From Paragordius varius (taxonomy: Eukaryota > Animalia > Nematomorpha): a DNA stretch of 64,000 bases. Below the pieces are notes generated by a model. The model had not been told where the DNA came from, made no database searches, and saw only the letters and a program-made list of their open reading frames with translations. The first letter of the stretch is position 1. Each line of letters opens with the position of its first letter. The position numbers were made by a program, and so were the translations under genes. The DNA is taken from NCBI GenBank assembly GCA_964247055.1, contig OZ176055.1, positions 1,240,001-1,304,000 of the forward strand, written 5' to 3'. Positions 25,767 through 37,100 of the stretch are shown one piece after another.

Positions 25767-27909
25767 ATGAATACGCTGGTCATATATCTCGTGAAAAAAA
25801 TTATTTTATTAATTTTTTTTGCATACAGTGTTTGTAACGATGGTAATTTTTATAAGAGGCTCAACAGTGATATTTCATACAAACCTTGATAGATAGTCGC
25901 ATAATATACCTACCTTTTTTAGAGAAATCAATAAACGTAAGAAACACCATATCCAAAATACCGGATATATCGATAATCTATTCGATCAATTTGACAATTT
26001 TGATACGAACGTTAATTTGCACACCGATCAATCATCAGGTTTATAAGTTTTGACATACAGTAAAAATATAAATTATACGGACAAGACGTAAAAATATAAA
26101 GACAAATACTTTTTTTCAAAACCAATTTGCTCCTCTATTTCATACTTTGCCTTTTAAGACTATGAGATTTAAAAACAATATTAAAAGATTTCACCCGTCT
26201 TTTGAAAAATTACACTGCTCAACAAGGTTTTGCACCACCCCATTATATTTGCATTTTATGATACCTAATGGCATGGATAGGCCAAAACAAAAAAGAAAAT
26301 TGAGGCCCTCAATTATTTTTCCATAATTTAATTTTTAAATTTGTATTTAATTCAAAAATAACAATCATTCCTCGTGTACATATGTTTAAATAAAACAAGC
26401 AAGTCGATACAAGTAATTTTTCATGCATGGATAACAAATTCTAGGCATTAAATAAGATACTAAACAAGCTAAGAGCCATATTAAAAATCTAAAAGGGCTT
26501 AGTATAGTGTGATAGATCCGGGCGGCTGCACAAGCTCTGCATATCCCCCAAGCGATCCTATAATTATGCCAGATGTGGCAAAGATAACAATAAGTAATCG
26601 TAAAGTCCGATAAGAGAGACTTGCAAGCAAAATCCAAGCAAATTGACATGTCGAATAAACCAATTTACAGAATAAAGTTAAATAAATACAATTAAATTGA
26701 ATATAAATTAGGTTAATACAAATGGTCCAACCCATAACAGTAAATTCTACTAAAATAGGCTACACAACGTCCATCAGAAATTTAAAATACAAAACAACCA
26801 ATAATTTTAAAAAAATAAGGTATATCCACTAGGTATAAATAAAGGATTTTTTATAAGAACCAACTCAAGAGAAAAAGTCTAATAAGTACTCGAAAGAACG
26901 AAAACTAACAAAAAAAATATAGCCTATCTGAAAGCCGAAGGTTTAAACCATAGAATGCCTTTTTTACTATTTTTTTAAAAAAATTTTATATGTGTTAAAA
27001 ATTCACTTAAAAAAAGACTAAATTTTGACGTTTAAGTCCGTACTATTTTTTTCTCTCTGATATTTAAATGACATATTTATATTCAAAATATAGAGTTTAA
27101 AACGCTTTATTAAATGATATTAAGTTTATAATATAATAACATTTTATTATTAGGTTATACATAATTTTCTCTCGATTTTCACTTGTTTTAAAAAATTAAA
27201 AAACCTATTAAATTTCAAAATTCTGATTGGCGGGATCAAAATTTTTTCAAATTCGGTTTTAAAACACTGAAATTAGTCATAATTTAAAAAGTTTGAGTGG
27301 TGGTGCTTAAAAATGTCCAAATTTGTCGACTAGTGTTATTTATCATTATGTGTGCCATTTTGTCTATATATACTTTCAATTTTTACCGTATATTAGAGAA
27401 TTCGAAAGAAAACCAAACAGATTCCGAGGATGGAGAAAATGATTGGATTCATAATAGGGTAATACGCGCTAAACACTTTATTTCAAATTATTTTCCACAT
27501 CGAAAAAAAAACTTTTTCAATATTTTAGACAACCACAAAGCATACCACCATTGATGATCACGCAATAGCATCTAATAATGCAGAAAATATAGATTTTATG
27601 GATTTCTTATACCGTAAAAATGAACAAACTACTGTAATGTACTATCCTGATATCAATATAACTGAATATTTTCCAGTGGCAGAAACATATGAATGCAATG
27701 AATATCTAATTGATCAAGCCCAAATAATTAACTCAAATCCTCAGTGTTCAGTTACGATATCTGAAACGGTTATTAAGATAAAACCTGTGAAAAATGTCGG
27801 TTATCCCGTTATGATGGATAAAAAAGAAAAAGTCCCACAAATTTGTAAAATGGTGATGAAATTTACGGAACCTGGTAAAGATCTTTTTTATACTTTTTCC
27901 GAGGCATAA
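25767..27909 (+). CDS. Uncharacterised, probably secreted orphan protein (4 exons; first junction uncertain)
   Basis: Hydrophobic N-terminus MNTLVIYLVKKIILLIFFAYSVC. Exons ~25925-26038, 27397-27458, 27529-27909 join in compatible phases with GT-AG. The exon 1-2 join needs a GAG acceptor at 25924. Confidence 0.6.
26058..27388. mobile_element. Family D MITE interrupted by a 1.12-kb CACT element
   Basis: ta|cagtaaaaatataaattatacggac at 26058 and ttcaatttttaccg|ta at 27388. Confidence 0.8.
26213..27335. mobile_element. 1.12-kb non-autonomous element with CACT..AGTG termini and TTA TSD (CMC superfamily, Chapaev3/EnSpm-like)
   Basis: tta|cactgctcaacaa ... ttgtcgactagtg|tta; near-identical inverted copy at 47458-48588. 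Confidence 0.85.
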
Positions 27910-28308
27910 AAGTTTGTTAGATTTATAAATAATTGACACTTTTGGGGTAGTTTCATATATAAGACCAATTTGAAATTCGAAATCTTAAAAAATATTTCAA
28001 AAAAATCACCCATTTATGAGTGTTCATGATCACGGATTGAATTTAATTATTTTTTAAAAAGCAAGGGGTCGCATGGAGGGGAAGGGGGCGCCATTACGGA
28101 AAGCTACGCCTTTGATTTGAAAGAAAAATTATTTCATAAATAATGAAGGGAATATTCTGCTAAAAAAATTATATACATTAAAAAAATTTTTTTACAACTG
28201 ATTAAAACGACAATATTTATTTGCACATAAATCTAATCTCGAGGATAAACCAATTGACAATTTCTAAAATCAAAGTTATTTCGAATTGGTGAATTTTATA
28301 TCTATATA

Positions 28309-28890
28309 CCATTTGCACTTCAAGAGTGTCCTTGAACACTTCAAGTGTCCTTGAACATTTCAAGTTGGTCATTGAACAATTCAAATTGGTTCTTGAACAG
28401 TTCAAGTTGGTAACATTTCAAGTTGGTCCTTAAAATTTATAAATTTTGATTTTACCATAATTTTTGCATTTATTTTTTTATTTTATTATTTATTATTTTC
28501 TTTATTTATTATATATTTATTCATTTAAAAATAAAATTTTTCATTGAAAACCACTTTTTTTGTTTCAAACTATTTTTTTTCAATTGAACAAAATTATTGA
28601 CTTTTAAATCTTTTTAATGAAAAATTTTAATTAATAACCCATAAAACTTATATATTTTTTCAATTCGTGTTAAAATCTTATAAATACCCAAATTATTTTA
28701 GAAATTTAAAAAGATATACGGTTTCTTAAAGATTAGTTGAAATCGATTTAAAATTTATGTTAAATAATTGAAAAAAGGTTAAAAACAATAAAATAGATGA
28801 ATCATTTACGATTTAATTAAAAGTTAAAACAAAACAAAAAAGTCAAAGGACCAACTTGAACTGTTCAAGGACCAACTTGAAGTGCAAATA
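28309..28890. mobile_element. TATA-CCATTT family B MITE
   Basis: tata|ccatttgcacttcaagagtgtccttgaac with ~5 21-bp units; right arm aggaccaacttgaagtgcaaat. Confidence 0.85.
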
Positions 28891-29000
28891 TATATTAAAC
28901 TCGAAAGTAAACCTTAACAAATTTTGTCTTAAAAACTTTTGGAATACTCAAGCTATTTTTTGCTTTGTTTCCGTTGCCCACATTATAAAACGGTTTTTAA

Positions 29001-29573
29001 CACTTGGATACAACACACTCATTTTAGTCCTTCGATTCAAATTGGGGTAGTTGGATACCCCAGGCCGTTTAAAATTAAATACTTTAAAAAGTATGGAAGC
29101 AATCGAAACCATGGCAAAATTTTGCACTTATATAACATTAATAAACCGAAATAAAAAGGTTATTCAAAAATATTTGATATTCCTTATTTTAAGCTAAAAC
29201 TGAAAGGTAAAAATTTAGTCAACGTGACATGTGTCAAATTGTAAAATTAAAAAATAATACAAAATAAACCGCTTTTTCTATTTCTATCAATGTTAGATGT
29301 AATTTATATAAAAAATAAGCTTTAGTTTTACCCTTAAAACTAAATAAAGACGATATTTTGCAAAATTTTTGTAAAATAAAAATGGCGTCAAAGTAGTTGG
29401 AGATGGAACTTTTTTAAAAAAACAAAATTTTATTAAGATATTTTGGCAAATTTATATAATATTTATCATAGAAGCATAAATTTAAATTGGGACCGTTTCC
29501 TTCAGTAGCTTTTTAAAAAATTTAATTTAAATTTAGTCTGGGGTATTTAGATACCCCAATTTGAATCGAAGTG
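29001..29573. mobile_element. TTAA-flanked MITE (piggyBac-like), 573 bp
   Basis: ttaa|cacttggata ... gaatcgaagtg|ttaa; inverted copies at 33777-34279 and 1-411. Confidence 0.85.
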
Positions 29574-29836
29574 TTAATAGAATATTTTGTGCGATTAAAA
29601 TTCTTAAAATAAAAAGTTAGTTCCGTTTTCGTTCTATGTTTTGATTCCATTGTCCTGCTTCAGGTTATTTTTAACCAAATTGTATTTAAAATTATTTTAA
29701 TACAATGTGAAAAAATAACCACAATTACACTATAATTACAAAAAAATAGTAAAAGAATTTTATTTTTTAAAACCAATACGGGTTTTAACTCTGGGACCTT
29801 TTTGAATTCTTGTGAACACATGTCTTATGTAATATA

Positions 29837-30076
29837 CCATTTACAGTCCAAATTCACCCTTGAACAATTCAAATTCATTCTTGAACAATTCGAATTCACT
29901 CTTAAACAATTCAAATTCACCCTAAAATAAAATATGTGTTCTTTCGAATTAAAAATTACCCGTATTTTTTTATTTTTATGAAATAAAATTTTGTTTAAAA
30001 ATAATGAAAATAATGATGAGTTATATTAGCCCGAAAACACATAATCTTTTTTAGGGTGAATTTGAATTGTAAATGG
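29837..30076. mobile_element. TATA-CCATTT family A MITE
   Basis: tata|ccatttacag, four 21-bp units on the left arm, ends gtaaatgg|tata. Confidence 0.85.
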
Positions 30077-30392
30077 TATACCATAAAAACACAATATATT
30101 ATGATTCAACAAATATTTTAACTCTTCCTCGAATATGCTTAAAAATGTCATGTTGGATAACATATGGCCACTAATGTTTACATTTCTTATACTAAATATA
30201 TAATATATAATGTATAATACATCATTATATGGTCTTTCGTTACGATTAAAAGTAAAAATAATTATAAGAAACGATTTTGCCATCAAAATATAATTATAAT
30301 TACCAAGAAACATGGAAGTTTGACTATAGTCGGTATTAATTAATTCGCCATTTAAAGACCTTTTCCTTTTTTTCTAATTACTGATTAAGAAA

Positions 30393-30953
30393 ATGCTTAT
30401 TTTAGACCAATTACTCCCCATTAACCATAATTTAACTGCGGCATCCCAACTCCTATTAACTGGCAACCTGCATAACAAATCTTATAAAAGCGTCGTTTTA
30501 GAATTAACAGATAGTAGTGAGATAGATGATGAAACTGACAGTAGTTTAATGATAAATTCAACGGCTGCAGATTGGCTTAAATTTGCGCAACAAAAACAAA
30601 ATAACCACTTTAAATCATTTGATAGTACGATCGCAACAACATTAGAACCACGGAATTTTGAATCTAAAACTACAAATTCACAAGCCGATGATACCTTTTA
30701 TGATACAAAAAACAACGTTGCAAATTATTACAATGATAATTATCAAAATAGCTATATAAATGATTATTCCGTCAATGAGAATGAAGAAATGTACAAAAAT
30801 GTATTATTTGCATCGAACAATGCACCTAGTTTTTGTAATTCCAATTTTTTCAAAGGGTCAAACACAACCTTAAACACGCCCAGGGTATGTAGAGATATGT
30901 ATGGAAATACAGTAGGATACCACCTACCTACACAAGCTTATACCATAGATTGA
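30393..30953 (+). CDS. Uncharacterised low-complexity ORF (186 aa), possibly a terminal exon
   Basis: 561-nt open frame in AT-rich DNA; acceptor ttttag at 30405 and phase-compatible donor at 30333; no recognisable domain. Confidence 0.5.
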   Translation: MLILDQLLPINHNLTAASQLLLTGNLHNKSYKSVVLELTDSSEIDDETDSSLMINSTAADWLKFAQQKQNNHFKSFDSTIATTLEPRNFESKTTNSQADDTFYDTKNNVANYYNDNYQNSYINDYSVNENEEMYKNVLFASNNAPSFCNSNFFKGSNTTLNTPRVCRDMYGNTVGYHLPTQAYTID

Positions 30954-31157
30954 ATTAATCAGTAAATTACTAATTTACGTTATAATAATATATAAGACTT
31001 GTCTATAGATTTATAATAAATAAAAGTATAGATATAATATAATTGATATCGAGTATTTTAATAATTTGTCAGCTTTGGGTAAAAAATATAAAATTTATAT
31101 ATATTTGACAAGATTGTGTAATTTTGCTAAAAAAATTTCAATAAATAAGCTTGCTAT

Positions 31158-34100
31158 TTAATCAGAATCCTCAGATAATTGGATATCAAAATCATTTTGT
31201 AGTTTTTTTGAAGAAAATTTTATGCGTTTCCTATCATCATTATTTTTAGTTATATTGTTAGTTTGAGAGAGCTTTAATTTTTTCGTTTGACTATTTTTTA
31301 CATTTTTATCTTGTTTTGCAGGTGTTTTTGCATTTTCACGATCACTTTTAATTTGTTTTGTTGGAATATTTTCATTCGTAGATGGATTTGCATGTATATT
31401 TTCATTTGCTATGAAGTAATCTTCAATAACATGTTGAATCTAAAAGAGATATCAACCATATATTATAGTTTCTCGGTAAAAATTTAAATTATAAGGACAA
31501 GTAGAGTATATAATATTTTATAGAAAAAACCATAATATTTTATTTTAAGAAACATCTTGAAAATAGCACATCATTCTGGGTGTCGAAATGAGGAAAAATG
31601 TAATTGGTAAAACACTTATATTTTAGTTTATATTCATAAATATATAGATATTATAAAAGTTTTATAAATAAGGATTAAAAAATTTACTAAATATAGATTT
31701 TCACTTATATTTTGTGTTTCTAATTTTAACTTTTTACTGTAAAAAATTTAATTTATAACTATAAAATAAATTTTACCTTGCTTCGATCGGTAGAATTCCA
31801 AACTTTTTTGACAGGATTTAGATATGCAATAAGTTTTTCAGGAGACCATTTCATTTTTTCTGATACGAAGCTGGATAAATTCTCAAACATAGTTGGGGTT
31901 GATTGCTGATCTAAAATAATATTATGTGATGAAGAATTATAATATTCCTAATTCTACCAATTATATAGGTCTAATATCTTTAGAAAGGGCAAAAAAATTA
32001 CAATTTTTAATTTTTTATCGCCTTTAAATATATACACTTTATAAAATATTTGAGTTTTAATTAAATGAAAAAATGAACAAATAAAGTAATTATTACATAT
32101 ATTTTAAAATAATAATAATAATTTTTATCCCATTAACCAAAAGCCATATTTTTCAAAGCAGTTTAATAAATATTTTCAAATTAAATTATAATATAATGTA
32201 AGTAAAAATATAACCCCTTTATAACAAAATAGTTTAGTACGATATAAAAGATACAAAAGTTCATTACGACAAAAGGCGTTCGTTACAATAGAGTTAAGTG
32301 ACAAAAATAACCACAAAACAATGTATACCTTGATTTTCAGTATCAACCTGTTCCATGGTATTTTTATCCATTAACTCTGAAAATTTCAACGATTTTGGCG
32401 CTTTTAAAGTAGTAGTATTGGTATAATTATTATTGTAATTGCTATTGTGCGTTTTATTTTTATTTGAGTTTTTATCAAAATCATTAGTTTTGTTGGTGAT
32501 CTCCTCGTGGTAAGCAAATAACCCATCTAAATTAGCCCATGTGAATCGTGTTTCGGATTTATCGACAAGGGCATTCTTATAAGCCAAATATATTTTGGCG
32601 TCTGGAAAATGTGTGGGAAAAATTAGGTTTATATTTTCAATCAATTTCCTACGCAACGGGGTATTATTGCCAATTCCTTGTAAATGTTTAAGGATAGTTT
32701 TATTTCCGTTTTTCGTAGCAGGTTTGGAAACTATAGGCTTTTTAAGCAGTGATTCAGCATATTCTAAACGACTTGTACGGATCCAATCACTATATGAAAA
32801 TAGTTATTATTTATTAGAGACAAACAAGATATAGAATACAATACCATTCACAATTCGAAATCACCTTTAAACAATTTAAATTCACCCTTCAACAATTCAA
32901 ATTCATCCTTAAATAAAATCTATGTTCTTTAACATTAAAAAATTACCTTTATATTTATATAAATAAAAAAAATAAAAAATTTGTCTTAAATTAAAATGAT
33001 AGTGAAATGATAAACTATGCCATAAATATATATTTCATATTATTAGGGTGAATTTGAATTAATATGAAATTGAAATGTTCAAGGGTCAATTTGAACTGTA
33101 AATGATATATTTTTGTATTATTTTTTAATCTTTAATTTTTCAATTAGAAAACCTTTTACCAATTTAAAGCATATATCATTATTTCATCTCAAAACAATAA
33201 GGTATACTAACAAAAAAATTTAAAAAACAGAAGCCTTATACTTTTTAAGTTTAAATTAATTTATTAGGTACATTTATTTGATAAACAATGAAAAAAACCT
33301 TAAAAAATATAATCGAAAAAAAAGGCGATTTCGAAAGAATATAAATAATTACCCAAATTTGACGAAATCGTCAAAAGTTTGTATGTTAAATTCGGTCAAA
33401 ATATTCTGTGCCATCACGGGACCTATTCCCTTAATCCCGGGGGTATAATCGCTACCAACTAACATAGCAATCATTATTAATTTTTCTTGAGTCAAGCCTA
33501 AAATAATAAATTTTTATTGGAATATTGAGGAATAAAAAACATAAACAACTTTTTAGTTTTGTTTTGTTTTTATAGTCAGTAAAAATGGAATTTATAGGGA
33601 CAAAACGTGAAATATAGAGACAAATATCTTTTTCAAAGAGACAACCATACTTTTTTAATCTTGATTTTTTTTAAAGTTTTAAACTGCATAGTATATTATA
33701 GAAATGTACATTGCTAACACAATCAATTATGTATTTTACGATTGTAATTAAATGTTTTTCATAAGTTAAGGTTTAACACTTAGAATCAAAATGGGTGTCT
33801 AAATACCACAGACTAAATTTAAGTTAGGTTTTTAAAAAACTACTGAAGGAAACGGTCCCAATTTAAATTTATGCTTCATAATAAAAATTATATAAATATG
33901 CCAAAATATCTATATAAAATTTTGTGAAAAAAAAGTTTCATATCAAACTATTTCGACGCCATTTTTATTTTACAAAATTTGTGCAAAATATCGTCTTCAT
34001 TTAATTTTAAGAGTAAAACTAAAGCTAATTTCTTGTTTAAATTACATCTAACATTGATAGAAATAGAAAAAGCGGTTTATTTTGTATTATTTTTAATTTT

Positions 34101-37100
34101 ACCATTTTACACATGTCATGTTGACGATTACCTTTTGGTTAAGGCTTAAAATAAGTAATATCAATGGCAAAATTTTGCTATAGTTTCAATTCCTTCCATA
34201 TTTTTTAAAGAATTTAATTTTTAACAGTGGGGTATTTATTTTAAATCAAAGGACTAAATGAATGTGTTGCATCCAAGTGTTAAAAAGTATGGTTGTTTTT
34301 TGGAAAAAAAATTGTCTTTATATTCACATTTAGTCCGTATAATTTCAATTTTTACTGTAAAAAGATTTTGTAAATTATATTTAAAACATTGATTTAATTA
34401 GATCTATATGGGGCCCACAAATTAAAAAAAGGTGATAAAAATTATAACATAGCGCATTATATGATTGACAAAAAACGTGTAAATTAATTTAATTGATTAA
34501 CCTATTTAATAATTGAAATTATACGGATAAAATGTAAAAATATAAAGACAATATTTTTATCTAAAAGACAACCATACTTTTTCAAACCATAATTTTTCTC
34601 ATATAAATTTATACACAATTGTGATATTTATACTTTTTACCGATATCAATTTCATACTTTGGAATTTATAACAATTAGTTATATTTAAAAAAATGGTCAG
34701 AAAGTATGAATGTCTTTAGATATAAATATTTGTCTTTATATTTTTACGTTGTGTCCGTATTATTTCAGTTTTTACTGTAAACCAATGATTCATATTTAAA
34801 TCAAGAAAAAAGTATGGATTTACGTTTTGTCCGTATAATTTGAGTTTTTACTTTAAAAATAGCAAAAAAACGTTAAATATAAAATATTTGGAAAAAGACT
34901 TAGTTTCAATCAGGGATAACCAACAACACGGAGACCTGGATATTTTTTGCAACCCGTGAAAAATCTTAAAAACAAATTTTTACGTGATTTAAATAATTTT
35001 GATTTTTTCTAACTAAAATTTCCCACCTGTTAAATTTTTCCGAATTTCGGCAAAGAAAGAGCATACTTATCAATACAACCGATATCTTTTAAATTTTGTC
35101 CTATTTAAATAGAAAGTTAATGCTTTTAGCCAATCATTGGGAATAATATTATCTAAAACTATCATGTTACAAGATTTGTGTAAAATAAGATTCAAGGCTT
35201 TAAAAACTTCATTTGTGAGTTCTGGTAAATCTAGGCATGTGTTTTATTTTACGGATTTTTGGTATTCGATTTCATCATTTGTAAAGGGTTGAAATGAAAA
35301 ATATACTGAGTGGGCGCTTTTTTTAGTTTGTTAAAAATATGCAAGAAGTGATTATGCCATATTGTTTTGTGAAACGCCGGCATCGCGGGTTCCATTAAAT
35401 ATAAGATCTATCCCTTTTTTAGTGCATTATCGCAAAATTATCTAATTTAACGTGAATACAATCCATTATGCCATAAAAAACCGAAATTGAGTTATAAATT
35501 AGTCGAGAATAATATCAATAATAATGGATGGACACTGAAAATGTCTAAAATAAAATATACAACCTCTCCTGAACACATTTAGGACTCTTTAAAGCTGCAT
35601 TGAATCACTAGATAAGAATGCTGGTAAAATGAAATCTAACAATAAAAGTATAATGGTAAGAAAAAAAATGCCCTTTCAAAAATGGAAAAAAGAGAAAAGT
35701 AAATGAATTTTATTCAAACTAAGAAAGATTGTCGTAAAGAGATCAAAAAAATCAATGAGAAAAATGGGCGAAAAAAGAATTAGAAAAAGCTATATCCTCC
35801 CAAACTGCATATAAACATAAAAATAATATTAGAACCGAAATAGCTGTAACACGGTGAGCCGACCACATGGTATAATCACTTCTTCAATATTTTTAACAAA
35901 TCATAAAAAGTGCCCACCCAGTATATTATTCATTTCAACCCTTTACAATCGATAAAATCATATTTGAGTAATCGGATAAATAACACATGTCCAGGTTTAT
36001 GAAAACTTACAAATAAGGTTTTTCTAGCCTTAGATCATAATTTATTTGGTGATTATTTTACAAAAATCTTGCAAACACGATAGTTAGAGGTAATAATATT
36101 ATTCCCAGTGTTTGGCTTAAAAGCTTTACTACCCAATTTATAAGAGCAAAAGAGATCGATTTAACGTTTCTAGCTTTCTAACCGCATTTTAATACTTGGT
36201 TTTAAAATTGTCGACAATCTGTTGAATCCGTCGACATTGCAGCATGGATTCCATGCATTTTAGGTTTTCAAAAAACAAAGACATCATAGATGCAATATTT
36301 ATAATCCGCCAATTACAAAAAGCTCACATGAGAAATCTCACGCTCCACTATGTGTTTGTAGACATGAAACAGGCTTTTGACTCTGTTCCGTAGATTGCTT
36401 GGTCGTTCACGCAAAGTATAAAAAAAATAATTCAAACATTAGAAGCACTTTATAAGCACACCTCAACTGTAATCCGTGTACAAGCATTGGCGATACGACC
36501 CCAATTTTTCTTGAAAAGACCAAGGCTTTATACTAAGCCCCTTTTTATTCATCATAATTATGGAGGAGATAACAAAAGACATTGCGACAAGGTTTACGTT
36601 TTGAACTATTGTAGGCCAAAGACTTAAGGTTATGCGCCACAGCATCAGCAAATGAATTTATAAAAAAAATAAACTTAGGGAAGGAAGGTTCGAAGTGTGA
36701 TAAGAGCTAAAAAAGTTTTAATAAACTCTTTAAGCTTTCCAAAATTTACTATTACCAATATCTTTCAAAATTTGAAGTGTAATAATATAAAAAAAAGTTA
36801 TTATTTAACTCTACGCGCTCTAATATAGACATATTTATCAAAATCATAAAAACTAATCAGTTTCCTTTACAAATTAGTTTTAAACATAATTTTTTATACA
36901 ATACTCTTTTATCAAATCTTTAGACATTCAAAGTGTGTAAAACCAAAAAGATATTAATTCAAACCCCCCGCCCCCTCAAGATTTAGTTTAAATTCTGAAA
37001 ATCATCATAAATCATAAAAATCAAACCTAACCTAATTTCCTTTCCAGATTAGTTATATCGTAAGCCATTAATCCTTTATACAATCCCGCCGACTTGTCTT

